A stretch of DNA of 42,550 nucleotides from an uncultured Pseudomonadota bacterium (GTDB lineage Bacteria; Pseudomonadota; Gammaproteobacteria; Methylococcales; Methylomonadaceae): contig CAJBJW010000317.1 of assembly GCA_903953455.1 (NCBI GenBank), forward strand, positions 1-42,550. The letters run 5' to 3'. Shown here one piece after another: positions 23,849 through 35,066 of this stretch. The number at the start of each line of letters is the position of its first letter. The first letter of the stretch is position 1. Under the pieces are notes generated by a model that searched no databases, had not been told where the DNA came from, and worked only from the letters and a program-made list of their open reading frames with translations. The translations under genes and the position numbers were made by a program.

Positions 23849-26521
23849 TTATCTTAACCAAGGTGCGACGACGTCAGCGTCAATACCGTATTTAGCAATC
23901 GCCACATCCACTTTTGCTAAATCAAACTGTCCGTTATCCGCTAAACTTTTGAGTGCTGCCACGGCAATATAATAACGATCCACTTCAAAGAAACGACGTA
24001 GATTTTCACGTGTATCTGAGCGACCAAATCCATCTGTACCGAGCACAACATAAGGTGCCTTAATATCTGAGCGGATTTGCTCAGCAAACGCACGAATATA
24101 ATCCGTAGCGGCGATAACGGGTGTTTTTGCATCAGGCAAACAATGCGCAACATGCGATTGTTTTGGGGTTTCAGTTGGATGCAGTCGATTCCAACGTTCA
24201 CAACTTTGCGCATCACGCGCAAGTTCTGTAAAGCTGGTGCAACTCCATAAATCCGATTCCACACCCCAATCACTACGAAGTAATTCCGCCGCAAATTCAG
24301 CTTCACGGAAAATTGACCCTGAGCCAAGTAAATGCACTCGCAATTTTGCGTTGTGATCACCTTGTTTAAAGTGATACATCCCTTTCAAAATATCTTGCTC
24401 AATGCCTTTTGGCATTGCAGGATGCGTGTAATTTTCATTCATCACAGTGATGTAGTAGAAAATATCTTCTTGATCCACATACATGCGACGTAAACCATCT
24501 TGAATAATCACTGCGACTTCATACGCATAAGTTGGATCATAAGAAACACAATTTGGTACGGTAGCTGCCATTAGATGACTATGACCATCCTCGTGTTGGA
24601 GGCCCTCACCATTCAACGTGGTACGACCGGCGGTCGCGCCAAGCAAGAAACCCCGTGTACGTTGATCACCCGCTGCCCAAATCAAATCGCCAACGCGTTG
24701 AAACCCAAACATCGAATAGAAAATATAGAACGGAATCATCGGTACGTTATGCGTTGAATAGGCTGTACCTGCTGCAATCCAGTCACACAAACCACCCGCT
24801 TCGTTAATCCCTTCTTGTAATACTTGACCATGCTTATCTTCTTTGTAGAACATCAGCTGATCCGCATCTTGTGGCGTGTAAAGCTGTCCAACTTGTGACC
24901 AAATGCCAAGTTGTCTAAACATCCCCTCCATACCAAACGTACGCGATTCATCAGGCACAATAGGAACAATACGTTTACCAATATTTTTATCTTTCACCAA
25001 AATATTGAGCAATCGAACGAACGCCATAGTTGTTGATGCTTCTTTGTCATTAGCTTCAAGTAACGTTTTGAAATCATTTAATACCGGCACATCGAGTGAA
25101 ATCGATTTTGCACGACGTGCTGGTAAATACCCCCCCAAAGCCTCACGACGCTCTTGCATATAATTGAGTTCTTTCGAGCCTTCAGGGAACGTAATATAGG
25201 GAAGATTATGTAGCTCATCATCGGTAATAGGTAAATCATACGCATCACGGAAACGCGTTAATGAATTATCACTCATTTTCTTCTGTTGGTGCGTCGTATT
25301 TTGCGCTTGTCCTGAATCCCCCATGCCGTAACCTTTAATGGTTTTAGCCAAAATAACGGTAGGCTGACCTTTATGATTACTTGCTTTTTGGAATGCAGAG
25401 AAGATTTTTGAGGGATCGTGACCACCACGATTTAATTCCCAAATATCTTTATCTGACCAATCTGCCACCATCGCTTTGAGTTCAGGTGTATTGAAGAAAT
25501 GTTCACGTACATATGCGCCATTTTTCGCTTTAAATGTTTGGAAATCCCCGTCAACGCAAGCCATCATTCGCGCTGCTAAAATACCGTCTTTATCGCGTGC
25601 AAGTAAGCTATCCCAACGATTACCCCACACTAATTTGATGACATTCCAGCCTGCGCCACGGAATTCACTTTCAAGCTCTTGAATGATTTTGCCATTGCCT
25701 CGAACCGGACCATCTAATCGCTGCAAATTACAATTGACGACAAAAATTAAATTATCTAAATGTTCACGACCCGCCATGCCAATCGCGCCCAGTGATTCGG
25801 GTTCATCTGTTTCACCATCACCCAAAAATGCCCACACTTTACGACCCGTGGTATCAGCCAACCCGCGATCTTGCAAGTAGCGCATAAAACGTGCTTGATA
25901 AATAGCGCAAATCGGGCCAAGCCCCATCGATACGGTCGGAAATTGCCAAAAATCAGGCATCAGCCATGGATGTGGATATGACGACAAACCATTCCCCCCA
26001 ACCTCTTGGCGGAAATTATCCATTTGATTAAGGGTTAGTCGACCTAGCAGAAATGCTCGAGCATATTCACCTGGTGAAGAATGCCCTTGCGTATAAATTA
26101 AATCACCACCGTGTTTTTCAGATGCGGCATGCCAGAAATGATTGTAACCCACATCATACAAAGTTGCGGCCGACGCGAAACTCGCAATATGCCCACCAAC
26201 GTTGGTATCTTTATTGGCACGAAGTACCATCATCATCGCATTCCAGCGCACATAAGAGCGAATACGATGTTCAATCGTTGCGTCACCAGGGAATTGCGCT
26301 TGTTGCGATACGGGAATAGTATTTAAATATGCGGTATTCGCACTAAAAGGAATATCAAATCCTGAATGTCGTGTTACTGCCACTAAACTTTCAATAATAA
26401 AATGTGCTCGCTCACTCCCCTCACGTTCTAAAACTGATTTTAAGGCTTCAATCCATTCTTGCGTTTCCACGGGGTCAATATCATTTTGACGCGTGATTTC
26501 CGAAAAAAAAGTACTATTCAT
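23849..26521 (-). CDS. aceE: Pyruvate dehydrogenase E1 component (homodimeric type)
   Basis: 890 aa with the ThDP-binding region GDGETDEPESLGA..NLIFVVNCNLQRLDG. It lies 19 nt upstream of aceF. Confidence 0.97.
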   Translation of the reverse strand: MNSTFFSEITRQNDIDPVETQEWIEALKSVLEREGSERAHFIIESLVAVTRHSGFDIPFSANTAYLNTIPVSQQAQFPGDATIEHRIRSYVRWNAMMMVLRANKDTNVGGHIASFASAATLYDVGYNHFWHAASEKHGGDLIYTQGHSSPGEYARAFLLGRLTLNQMDNFRQEVGGNGLSSYPHPWLMPDFWQFPTVSMGLGPICAIYQARFMRYLQDRGLADTTGRKVWAFLGDGETDEPESLGAIGMAGREHLDNLIFVVNCNLQRLDGPVRGNGKIIQELESEFRGAGWNVIKLVWGNRWDSLLARDKDGILAARMMACVDGDFQTFKAKNGAYVREHFFNTPELKAMVADWSDKDIWELNRGGHDPSKIFSAFQKASNHKGQPTVILAKTIKGYGMGDSGQAQNTTHQQKKMSDNSLTRFRDAYDLPITDDELHNLPYITFPEGSKELNYMQERREALGGYLPARRAKSISLDVPVLNDFKTLLEANDKEASTTMAFVRLLNILVKDKNIGKRIVPIVPDESRTFGMEGMFRQLGIWSQVGQLYTPQDADQLMFYKEDKHGQVLQEGINEAGGLCDWIAAGTAYSTHNVPMIPFYIFYSMFGFQRVGDLIWAAGDQRTRGFLLGATAGRTTLNGEGLQHEDGHSHLMAATVPNCVSYDPTYAYEVAVIIQDGLRRMYVDQEDIFYYITVMNENYTHPAMPKGIEQDILKGMYHFKQGDHNAKLRVHLLGSGSIFREAEFAAELLRSDWGVESDLWSCTSFTELARDAQSCERWNRLHPTETPKQSHVAHCLPDAKTPVIAATDYIRAFAEQIRSDIKAPYVVLGTDGFGRSDTRENLRRFFEVDRYYIAVAALKSLADNGQFDLAKVDVAIAKYGIDADVVAPWLR

Positions 26522-26540
26522 TCAATAATCCTAATAGTGA

Positions 26541-26573
26541 TAAAAAAAAATTGTAGCGTTTAACATTAACGCT
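26541..26573 (-). terminator. Putative terminator after ftsK
   Basis: Minus-strand AGCGTT-(7 nt)-AACGCT, then ACAA and T9. The stem is short. Confidence 0.45.
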
Positions 26574-26586
26574 CAATTTGAATAAG

Positions 26587-29112
26587 TTATACGGGTGGCG
26601 GCGCTAAAACAACTCGCGTGCCATTATTTTCAGCTGTACTTACAACCCCTGCCACTTCCATTGCTTCAATAATGGTTGCAGCACGGTTATAGCCCACTTT
26701 AAAACGTCTTTGAACGCTTGAAATCGATGCTTTACGCGACTCCGTTACAAAACGAACCGCTTCATCGTAGAGTGGATCAGATTCTGAATTACCACCATAG
26801 CTACTGCTGCCTCCACCAAAACCATCTCCACCTTCAGACACTTCCTTAGTAATCTCAGTGAGGTAATTTGTCGGGCCAGTTTGTTTTAAAAATTCTACAA
26901 CGCGATGCACCTCGTGATCGTCTACAAACGCGCCATGCGCCCTAATGGGAATACTTGTTCCCGAAGGCAAAAACAGCATATCTCCATTTCCAAGCAACGT
27001 TTCAGCGCCACCTTGATCTAGAATGGTTCGCGAATCTATACGTGATGAAACCTGAAACGAAATACGTGTGGGTACATTCGCTTTTATTAATCCAGTAAGG
27101 ACGTCAACAGAAGGCCGTTGCGTCGCTAAAATCAAATGAATACCTGCCGCACGTGCTTTTTGTGCAAGACGTGCGATTAACTCCTCTACTTTCTTACCGA
27201 CTATCATCATCATATCAGCAAGTTCGTCAATCACAATGACAATACTTGGCAAAGTAGATAGCGTGGGAAAATCTTCACCATCTTCAAGGGGATTTATCAA
27301 CTGAAACATCGGATCCCGAATGGTTTCGCCACGACTCGCAGCGTCCTCTATCACTTGATTAAAGCCTGCCAAATTTCGCACACCCATTTTTGACATTAGT
27401 TTATAGCGACGCTCCATCTCACCAACCGCCCAGCGTAGCGCATTACTAGCCTCTTTCATGTCAGTAACTACTGGAGTGAGTAAATGGGGTATTCCCTCGT
27501 AAACCGACAATTCTAACATTTTTGGGTCGATCATAATCAAGCGAACTTGTTCTGGACTCGCTTTGTAGAGCAAACTTAAAATCATGGTGTTAATGGCAAC
27601 GGATTTACCTGAACCCGTTGTACCTGCTACAAGTGCATGTGGCATTTTACCCAAATCAGCCACCATGGGAACCCCAGCAATATCTTTACCTAAGGCTAAC
27701 GTAAGATAGGATTTTGCATATTCAAAAGGGGTGGACTTCAATAATTCCCGCAACGTCACCATTTCACGTTCTTGATTTGGAATTTCAAGACCAACGACTG
27801 ATTTACCGGGAATAATTTCCACAATACGAACACTCGTTACCGACAATGCTCGCGCTAAATCTTTAGATAAACCGCTAATGCGACTCACTTTAACGCCTGC
27901 AGCAGGCTGCACTTCAAAACGGGTAATAACAGGACCTGGGTGAAATCCAACCACTGTCACAGTCACATTAAAATCATTTAAAATATCTTCAACCAGACGC
28001 GACATTTCCTCTAAATCTGTTTCGGAATACCCAATCACATGAGTATCACGCTCATCGAGCAAATCTAAGGTCGGCAATTTATTTCGTTTTGGATAATGTG
28101 GTGCTTTTACTTTTTTAGCTGCAGTGACTTTTAATGATTTTTTTTCTGCTACTTTATCAATCACTTCTGCTTTAACTATTTTTACTTTCTCAATAAAACT
28201 ACTAAATTTTTTATTGATTGATTCGTCTAAATGTTCGTCAATCCCTTTATCACTCAATTCATCATGCTTTGATTTTCTAGTGGCTTTAGTTTTAGCAACA
28301 GTTCCTTCAAATACATCATCTTCAAGCTCATCAAAAAAATCATCAAAATTTGACGAATGGTCATTTTCTGTTTGAACGTATTTTGGAATAGCAACTGGAG
28401 TGATTTTGGAGAAACCACGTTTTCGAGGTGTTTTTGTTTGTTTCTTTTCATCGACATCTACTTCGTCAATGTGGTTATCTTGCGCTTCTAATGAACTGCG
28501 GTGTTGTTGAAGCGTTGTTGACACATTTTGATAAAACGCACGACTAAAATTAAAGCTGTGTTTACCCACAAAATCGAGCACACTGACAACTGAAATTTCG
28601 GTAAATAAACGTAAACTTGCAAAGAGAATTACCAGCAAAAGCAACGTAGCGCCAGTATTACCAAAAGCGACAGCTAAAAACGCACCAAATTCCTGCCCTA
28701 AAATTCCACCTGCACTATGAGGCAGTTCGATATTGAGATGCACGAAATAAAAACTAAACAACGCATCCGCAGATGTAATACTGACAACCGCGCCAAACCA
28801 TTGAATTGCCATCATCCAACGAGACTGCTCACTTCGTTGCTGACTATAAGTTATATAGCCTTGCCATATCAGGACAAACGGAAAAACGTAAGCGCAAAGA
28901 CCAAAAAAACTAAGCATAAAATCAGCGAGCCAAGCACCAAAAACACCACCCGAATTGGCAATCGTTTGCACGGCTCCACTATGCGTCCAGCCCGCATCAT
29001 CATTTCTAAAAGTAATAAGTGAAATAAGAAAAAACAATGCTCCAGCAATGACACTCAACAGTGCAATTTCGCGCAAACCTCGAAACGTCTTATCTTCCAT
29101 CACTGCAGACAT
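26587..29112 (-). CDS. ftsK: DNA translocase FtsK
   Basis: 841 aa with N-terminal TM helices, an acidic/basic low-complexity linker, a motor domain with Walker [10 protein letters not shown], and a C-terminal gamma winged helix ([23 protein letters not shown]). Confidence 0.96.
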   Translation of the reverse strand: MSAVMEDKTFRGLREIALLSVIAGALFFLISLITFRNDDAGWTHSGAVQTIANSGGVFGAWLADFMLSFFGLCAYVFPFVLIWQGYITYSQQRSEQSRWMMAIQWFGAVVSITSADALFSFYFVHLNIELPHSAGGILGQEFGAFLAVAFGNTGATLLLLVILFASLRLFTEISVVSVLDFVGKHSFNFSRAFYQNVSTTLQQHRSSLEAQDNHIDEVDVDEKKQTKTPRKRGFSKITPVAIPKYVQTENDHSSNFDDFFDELEDDVFEGTVAKTKATRKSKHDELSDKGIDEHLDESINKKFSSFIEKVKIVKAEVIDKVAEKKSLKVTAAKKVKAPHYPKRNKLPTLDLLDERDTHVIGYSETDLEEMSRLVEDILNDFNVTVTVVGFHPGPVITRFEVQPAAGVKVSRISGLSKDLARALSVTSVRIVEIIPGKSVVGLEIPNQEREMVTLRELLKSTPFEYAKSYLTLALGKDIAGVPMVADLGKMPHALVAGTTGSGKSVAINTMILSLLYKASPEQVRLIMIDPKMLELSVYEGIPHLLTPVVTDMKEASNALRWAVGEMERRYKLMSKMGVRNLAGFNQVIEDAASRGETIRDPMFQLINPLEDGEDFPTLSTLPSIVIVIDELADMMMIVGKKVEELIARLAQKARAAGIHLILATQRPSVDVLTGLIKANVPTRISFQVSSRIDSRTILDQGGAETLLGNGDMLFLPSGTSIPIRAHGAFVDDHEVHRVVEFLKQTGPTNYLTEITKEVSEGGDGFGGGSSSYGGNSESDPLYDEAVRFVTESRKASISSVQRRFKVGYNRAATIIEAMEVAGVVSTAENNGTRVVLAPPPV

Positions 29113-29278
29113 AATTAAAATACTCGCTTATTAAAAATAGTAAATAAAACATGATTATAGATTAATAACAGCATTATTTACATTAAATTTATTTTACTAA
29201 AAACCGCTTACACGCCGCACCAAACTTATTTTCACAACAACTCTAGTCGCGTATTGTGACAAAATTCTTACCGTTTAT

Positions 29279-31231
29279 TCAATTAATTAACAATTTCAAC
29301 TTAAGATGTTGCGCAATTATGTCATCAACAACAGATGAATCAGCCAGCGTTGAAATATCCCCTAACGAATCCATTTCATCTGCAGCCACTTTACGCAAAA
29401 TACGTCGCATAATTTTACCTGAGCGTGTTTTAGGTAAATTGGGCGCCCACTGAATAACATCAATGGTAGCAATGACGCCAATTTCAGCCCGTACCAAGGC
29501 AATCAGTTCTTTCTCAAGTATTGAAGAAGGTTTAACGCCACGTTTCAATGATACATAAGCGTAAATGCCTTGACCTTTTATTACATGAGGAAAACCAACA
29601 ACTGCGGATTCTGCGACGTTTTCATGTAAATCCAGTGCACTTTCAATTTCAGCCGTACCCATGCGATGCCCTGAAACGTTCAATACATCATCTACCCGTC
29701 CAGTTATCCAATAATCACCCTCTTCATCACGTCGCGCACCGTCACCCGTAAAATAATAATTTGGATAAAGTTTGTAATAAGTTTCGATAAATCGCGAGTG
29801 ATCACCGTAAATTGTTCTCGCAAACCCCGGAACAGGAAAACGAATGGCTAAAAGACCTTCTGCCTTCCCCTGCAATTCATTACCCTCATTATCTAAAATG
29901 ACTGGTTGAACACCAAAAAAAGGACGGGTTGCAGAACCTGGTTTAAGTTTTGTGGCACCAATAAGCGGTGTAATTAAAATACCACCTGTTTCAGTTTGCC
30001 ACCACGTATCAACAATAGGGCAATGCTCTTCACCAACGACATGGTAATACCATTCCCATGCTTCTGAATTAATTGGCTCACCGACACTGCCTAATACCCG
30101 TAAACTTTTTCGCGATGTTTGCTTAACTAAATCATCACCCTGCGCCATCAGCGCTCGAATTGCGGTTGGCGCAGTATAGAAAATAGTCACTTGATGTTTA
30201 TCAATTATACGCCAAAAACGATCTGCATTAGGGTATGTTGGCACTCCTTCAAACATAAGTGTTGTTGCACCATTGCATAGTGGGCCATAAATCACATAAG
30301 AGTGTCCCGTAATCCATCCCACATCTGCGCTGCACCAATAAATATCACCCTCATGGTAATCAAAAATATATTTGTGCGTGATTGCTGCGTAAAGTAAGTA
30401 ACCACCGGTGGTATGCAAAACCCCTTTTGGCTTCCCCGTTGATCCTGATGTGTATAGGATAAACAAAGGATCTTCTGCATCCATCCACTGCGGCTCACAA
30501 TACGTTGATACCTGCATCATTTCTTCATGAAACCACACATCACGATGCAGATTCCAATCAACTACGTTAGCTGTATTTTGAACAACAAAAACCGTCTCAA
30601 CATTTCGGCAATGCACAAGCGCTTTATCTACCGTTTCCTTCATTGGAACCACTTTACCGCCTCGGACACCCTCATCTGCACAAATGACGAAATGACAGTC
30701 GCAATCAAGGATACGCTCTTTTAGCGATTCAGCAGAAAATCCACCAAAGACAATAGAATGAATGGCTCCAATACGCGTACAAGCTAGCATGACAATAGCC
30801 ACCTCAACAATCATCGGCATGTAAATACACACCCGATCACCTTTTTGAACGCCATGTTTTCTGAGTACATTTGCAAATTGACACACTTGCTCATGTAATT
30901 GTTGATAGGTTAATTGCTTATCCTGATCAGGATTATCTCCTTCCCAAATAATAGCCGTCTGATTAGCTCTTTTTTCTAAATGACGATCAAGACAATTATA
31001 ACTAACATTGAGTTTGCCACCTTCAAACCATCTGATATGCGCTTTCACAAAATCATGCGCCAAAACCGTATGCCAAGGATGATGCCAATCTAAGAATGTG
31101 TTTGCTTGTTCCGCCCAAAATTGTGCTGGCTTCTCAATCGACTGAGCATAAAGCTGAGCATAGGTCTCCGCATTAATATGCGCGTAATTAGCTACATGCG
31201 ATGGAACATCATACGTTTTTGAGTCTGACAT
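29279..31231 (-). CDS. acs: Acetyl-coenzyme A synthetase
   Basis: 650 aa with the AMP-binding motif [19 protein letters not shown] and C-terminal [16 protein letters not shown]. Confidence 0.97.
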   Translation of the reverse strand: MSDSKTYDVPSHVANYAHINAETYAQLYAQSIEKPAQFWAEQANTFLDWHHPWHTVLAHDFVKAHIRWFEGGKLNVSYNCLDRHLEKRANQTAIIWEGDNPDQDKQLTYQQLHEQVCQFANVLRKHGVQKGDRVCIYMPMIVEVAIVMLACTRIGAIHSIVFGGFSAESLKERILDCDCHFVICADEGVRGGKVVPMKETVDKALVHCRNVETVFVVQNTANVVDWNLHRDVWFHEEMMQVSTYCEPQWMDAEDPLFILYTSGSTGKPKGVLHTTGGYLLYAAITHKYIFDYHEGDIYWCSADVGWITGHSYVIYGPLCNGATTLMFEGVPTYPNADRFWRIIDKHQVTIFYTAPTAIRALMAQGDDLVKQTSRKSLRVLGSVGEPINSEAWEWYYHVVGEEHCPIVDTWWQTETGGILITPLIGATKLKPGSATRPFFGVQPVILDNEGNELQGKAEGLLAIRFPVPGFARTIYGDHSRFIETYYKLYPNYYFTGDGARRDEEGDYWITGRVDDVLNVSGHRMGTAEIESALDLHENVAESAVVGFPHVIKGQGIYAYVSLKRGVKPSSILEKELIALVRAEIGVIATIDVIQWAPNLPKTRSGKIMRRILRKVAADEMDSLGDISTLADSSVVDDIIAQHLKLKLLIN

Positions 31232-31238
31232 AAAGAGC

Positions 31239-32123
31239 CTATCGATTAAAAAGTGCGCGGAAAAACCGATCGAAAAAATTGTGCGCTAGCAAAGCAAGCA
31301 AAATTAAAGCCGTACCCACAACGATCGATATCGTCATCGGCTCATTATTCATGCGATGCCCAATCCACAGTGCAAGAACAGGGCTTAGCAATGTCACCAG
31401 TGACACTTGCGTTGCTGAGCGTTGCGACAATAAATAATAGTAAAGCATAAAACCCAAAGGCGTTGCGATGACGCCCAAATATAGCACAGCAATAAAACTT
31501 ACCAGTGTGAACTGCAACGGAATATGTCCGTCAACCATTCCCCATGTAACAAAATAGAAAGGCAATGCAAACAAAAGCCCTCCCGTCACTTGCATCAACG
31601 CAGGTAAATGCGTGTGAAGTCGCTTAATTGCAATGGCACTTAATGCTTGAAGTGAAATTGAAATTAATACGCCAATAAGCCCCAATAAGGCTTGTGGACT
31701 CAATTTTTCAGCGGAGCCAAACATAATACCCAGGCCAATAACACCCAAAAAATAAGAAAGTAATTTACCGATTGTTAAACTTCGCTCATTTAACCAAATT
31801 GCGGCAAATAACGCAGTCACCAAAGGGGTTAAGCCACTAATTACCGAAATCCAACCGGAGGGAATAAATTGCGCTGCCCAATACACCACCGACATCGCAC
31901 CATAAATTTGTATAGCAACCGCCGCATAGGTAAGAACCGCTAAACGTGAAAAGAGTAAACGTTTCTTGAGTACAAAACCAATAAGAATCATGCAGACAAA
32001 CCCAATAGTCATGCGTGACGTTACACTCCAGATAACGCCTAATCCTTCAACACTTAACTTTATTGCTAGAGGCGTAGTTGCCCACAGTAAAATCATACCG
32101 AGATAGGCGAGCAAGACCTTCAT
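31239..32123 (-). CDS. DMT-superfamily (EamA-type) transporter
   Basis: 294 aa with about 10 TM helices in two EamA-like halves. Its stop is 7 nt upstream of the acs start. Confidence 0.8.
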   Translation of the reverse strand: MKVLLAYLGMILLWATTPLAIKLSVEGLGVIWSVTSRMTIGFVCMILIGFVLKKRLLFSRLAVLTYAAVAIQIYGAMSVVYWAAQFIPSGWISVISGLTPLVTALFAAIWLNERSLTIGKLLSYFLGVIGLGIMFGSAEKLSPQALLGLIGVLISISLQALSAIAIKRLHTHLPALMQVTGGLLFALPFYFVTWGMVDGHIPLQFTLVSFIAVLYLGVIATPLGFMLYYYLLSQRSATQVSLVTLLSPVLALWIGHRMNNEPMTISIVVGTALILLALLAHNFFDRFFRALFNR

Positions 32124-32159
32124 ACGGTTAAAATTCTAACTGCAGGCAGTTAAGCAAAA

Positions 32160-32738
32160 CTAACCCGCGCGACCAATACGCGTTGCTTCAGGAACTTCAA
32201 TTAAGCTACCGGTCGTCACGTCATAAATATAACCATAAACAGGAATATTTGAAGGCACAAGTGGATGGTGACGAATACGTTCAACGTCTTCCACAACACT
32301 TTGTGCTAAATCACTAATCGTGAGCCATGAAATGTGTTTCGCTTCATGTGAACCACCACCTTCGCAGCAATCATGCCATCCATTCTCATCTACTGATGCT
32401 GTTTTTAAACTACTTGCCAGCAAATCACGCATAATGTCGTCAGTAAACGTTTCCATACCGCAATTTGTGTGGTGAATAACAAACCACTCTTTTGTGCCGA
32501 GTAGTTTATAGGAGATAACAAGTGAGCGAATCGCATCATCACTTGCACGACCACCTGCATTACGAATAACATGCGCATCACCTTCACTCAATCCCGCATA
32601 TTTAGCAGGATCTAAACGTGCATCCATACACGTTAATATGGCAAATTGACGCGCTGGCGGCATAGCTAAATCACCTTTAGTAAAATTAGCTATATATTCG
32701 CGGTTGGCAAGCATCACTTCATTAACTATTTTTGACAT
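32160..32738 (-). CDS. Beta-class carbonic anhydrase
   Basis: 192 aa with the zinc-ligand context [10 protein letters not shown] and HHTNCGM. Confidence 0.85.
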   Translation of the reverse strand: MSKIVNEVMLANREYIANFTKGDLAMPPARQFAILTCMDARLDPAKYAGLSEGDAHVIRNAGGRASDDAIRSLVISYKLLGTKEWFVIHHTNCGMETFTDDIMRDLLASSLKTASVDENGWHDCCEGGGSHEAKHISWLTISDLAQSVVEDVERIRHHPLVPSNIPVYGYIYDVTTGSLIEVPEATRIGRAG

Positions 32739-32980
32739 AAAAACCCCATTATTATTATTTATTATTGTAAAAGTAAATGCCTCTATGGTGTTCTACTCCT
32801 TACTCATAAAAGCCTCAATAGTGTAACAGGTGTCTGAAATCTTTTTAAACTCAATTACGCAAATTATCCATATACACAAACCCCTTTTAAAGATACGCTA
32901 ATAACATATCTTCGTTAAATTCCATACACTATGTGATAGCATTTGCTATTTTATCGATATAAAAAACTTCTTAAATTTAA

Positions 32981-34312
32981 ATGACAACAATGACAACAAA
33001 AATAACATTCCATATTCAAAATGGCGGTCAATTAAACGGTCAAGCGAGAGTTGCTGGCGATAAATCCATGTCACATCGCTCCATTATGCTAGGCTCTCTC
33101 GCGCAAGGCGTCACTCATGTAACAGGTTTCTTAGAAGCCGAGGATGCGCTTGCAACGCTACAAGCATTCCGAGACATGGGGGTCGTCATTGAACAACTTG
33201 GCGACGGTTGCGTTACTATTCATGGTGTTGGAAAAAATGGTTTAAAAGCACCCACAAAGCCGCTTTATTTAGGTAATTCTGGCACATCAATGCGCCTTTT
33301 AAGTGGACTACTTGCTGGGCAAGATTTTGATTGCGTTTTAACGGGCGATGAATCGCTTTCAAAACGCCCTATGAAACGTGTGACAGAGCCTCTGGCAAAA
33401 ATGGGCGCCGTGATTAAAACATCAGAAACGGGCACATCACCGCTATATATTACAGGACAAGCTGGCAAATTACATGGCATTGATTACACCATGCCCATGG
33501 CAAGCGCTCAGGTAAAATCGTGTTTACTATTGGCTGGCATGTACGCACAAGGCGAAACAACCGTTACAGAACCGGCGCCCACACGCGACCATACAGAACG
33601 CATGTTAAATGGATTTGGCTACCCTGTATCACAACACGAAAATCAAGCACGTATCAATGCAGAGGGTCAATTAACGGCTTGCGATATTGATGTACCAAGT
33701 GATATTTCTTCTGCCGCGTTCTTTTTAGTAGGCGCCTCAATTGCACCAAACTCGAATGTATTATTAAAGCATGTTGGCATTAATCCAACGCGTACAGGCG
33801 TTATCGATATTTTGCGTTTAATGGGTGCTAATATTGAAATTTTAAATGAGCGTGAAGTTGGCGGTGAACCTGTCGCTGATTTGCGCGTCACTTCAAGTCA
33901 ACTAAAGGGCATTGAGATACCAGAACATCTCGTGCCATTAGCGATCGACGAATTCCCCGTTTTATTTATTGCAGCGGCATGTGCGACAGGCGAGACGCGT
34001 TTAACAGGCGCTGAAGAATTACGCGTAAAAGAATCCGATCGTATTCAAGTTATGGCAGATGGTCTGCAAACTTTGGGTATAAATGCAAAGGCAACGCCTG
34101 ATGGCATGATCATTCAAGGGGGCTCAATGGGTGGTGGCGTGATTGAATCACATGGCGACCACCGTATTGCGATGGCTTTTGCTATTGCTGGCTTACGCGC
34201 AAACAGTGCTATTACTATTTTAGATTGCGCCAACGTCAATACTTCTTTTCCTCAATTTAAAGCCATTGCATCCAACTTAGGCTTAACACTAACCAGTCAA
34301 GAGGAAGCATGA
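32981..34312 (+). CDS. aroA: 3-phosphoshikimate 1-carboxyvinyltransferase (EPSP synthase)
   Basis: 443 aa with GDKSMSHRS, LGNSGTSMRLL, LRVKESDRI and GDHRIAMAF. Confidence 0.96.
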   Translation: MTTMTTKITFHIQNGGQLNGQARVAGDKSMSHRSIMLGSLAQGVTHVTGFLEAEDALATLQAFRDMGVVIEQLGDGCVTIHGVGKNGLKAPTKPLYLGNSGTSMRLLSGLLAGQDFDCVLTGDESLSKRPMKRVTEPLAKMGAVIKTSETGTSPLYITGQAGKLHGIDYTMPMASAQVKSCLLLAGMYAQGETTVTEPAPTRDHTERMLNGFGYPVSQHENQARINAEGQLTACDIDVPSDISSAAFFLVGASIAPNSNVLLKHVGINPTRTGVIDILRLMGANIEILNEREVGGEPVADLRVTSSQLKGIEIPEHLVPLAIDEFPVLFIAAACATGETRLTGAEELRVKESDRIQVMADGLQTLGINAKATPDGMIIQGGSMGGGVIESHGDHRIAMAFAIAGLRANSAITILDCANVNTSFPQFKAIASNLGLTLTSQEEA

Positions 34313-34968
34313 TGAGCGTTCCAATTCTAACCATTGATGGACCAAGCGGTGCTGGAAAAGGCACAGTTAGTAGATTGATTGCGCAAAAGTTAGGCTGGCA
34401 TTACTTGGATAGCGGCGCTATTTATCGCGCCCTTGCAATTGCTATTACAGAAAAAGGGTTAGCTATCGATGAAATTGATGCCATTGTCAATACAGCAGAA
34501 GATATGGATTTAGTATTTCAGTGCGATGCTAAACGCCATATCACACTTGATGGTCACGATATTACTGAACAACTTAGTTTTGAGAGCACAGGCAATACTG
34601 CATCAAAAATTGCCGCCATTCCAGAAATTCGCGCTGAATTATTGCAAAAACAACAACACTACAAACAATCCCCCGGACTCGTAGCAGACGGGCGAGACAT
34701 GGGAACAGTTGTTTTCCCTGAAGCGCAATATAAAGTTTTTCTCACTGCAAGTGCGTTAACACGTGCAAAAAGACGCTATAAACAGTTGAAAGAAAAAGGA
34801 ATTGATGCTAACCTTTCTGAGATAACTGCCGATATACAAGAACGTGATCAGCGTGATAGTGAGCGCGAATTCTCGCCCCTCATTCCTGCGAAAGACGCGG
34901 TATATATTGATTCTTCCGACATGAGCATTGATCAAGTCGTTGAAGAAATGTTAAGTTTAGTCCGATAA
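34309..34968 (+). CDS. cmk: Cytidylate kinase
   Basis: 219 aa with the P-loop IDGPSGAGKGT and LDSGAIYR. The start overlaps the aroA stop by 4 nt. Confidence 0.95.
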   Translation: MMSVPILTIDGPSGAGKGTVSRLIAQKLGWHYLDSGAIYRALAIAITEKGLAIDEIDAIVNTAEDMDLVFQCDAKRHITLDGHDITEQLSFESTGNTASKIAAIPEIRAELLQKQQHYKQSPGLVADGRDMGTVVFPEAQYKVFLTASALTRAKRRYKQLKEKGIDANLSEITADIQERDQRDSEREFSPLIPAKDAVYIDSSDMSIDQVVEEMLSLVR

Positions 34969-34986
34969 GGGACATTCCATTTCATG

Positions 34987-35008
34987 GCTGCATCGTTTGC
35001 AGCTTTTT
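34987..35008 (+). terminator. Weak terminator/attenuator hairpin after cmk
   Basis: GCTGCA-TCGTT-TGCAGC followed by T5. Confidence 0.4.
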
Positions 35009-35031
35009 ATTCACTTTTAAATAACAGATAA

Positions 35032-35056
35032 GATTAGTTTGAAATTAACTAATCTG
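35032..35056 (+). promoter_or_regulatory. rpsA leader hairpin immediately upstream of the translation start
   Basis: A perfect 9-bp inverted repeat, AGATTAGTT (35032-35040) / AACTAATCT (35048-35056), has a 7-nt loop and lies 10 nt before ATG 35067. There is no strong SD. Confidence 0.5.
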
Positions 35057-35066
35057 GGAAACAACA

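Noticed and set aside
23941-24360. 139-aa minus-strand ORF
   Set aside because: It is out of frame within aceE.
32739-32980. Short palindromes (ATAGCA-TT-TGCTAT and AAGATA...TATCTT) in the carbonic anhydrase/aroA divergent region
   Set aside because: They are only 6 bp in an AT-rich spacer, which is within chance expectation.
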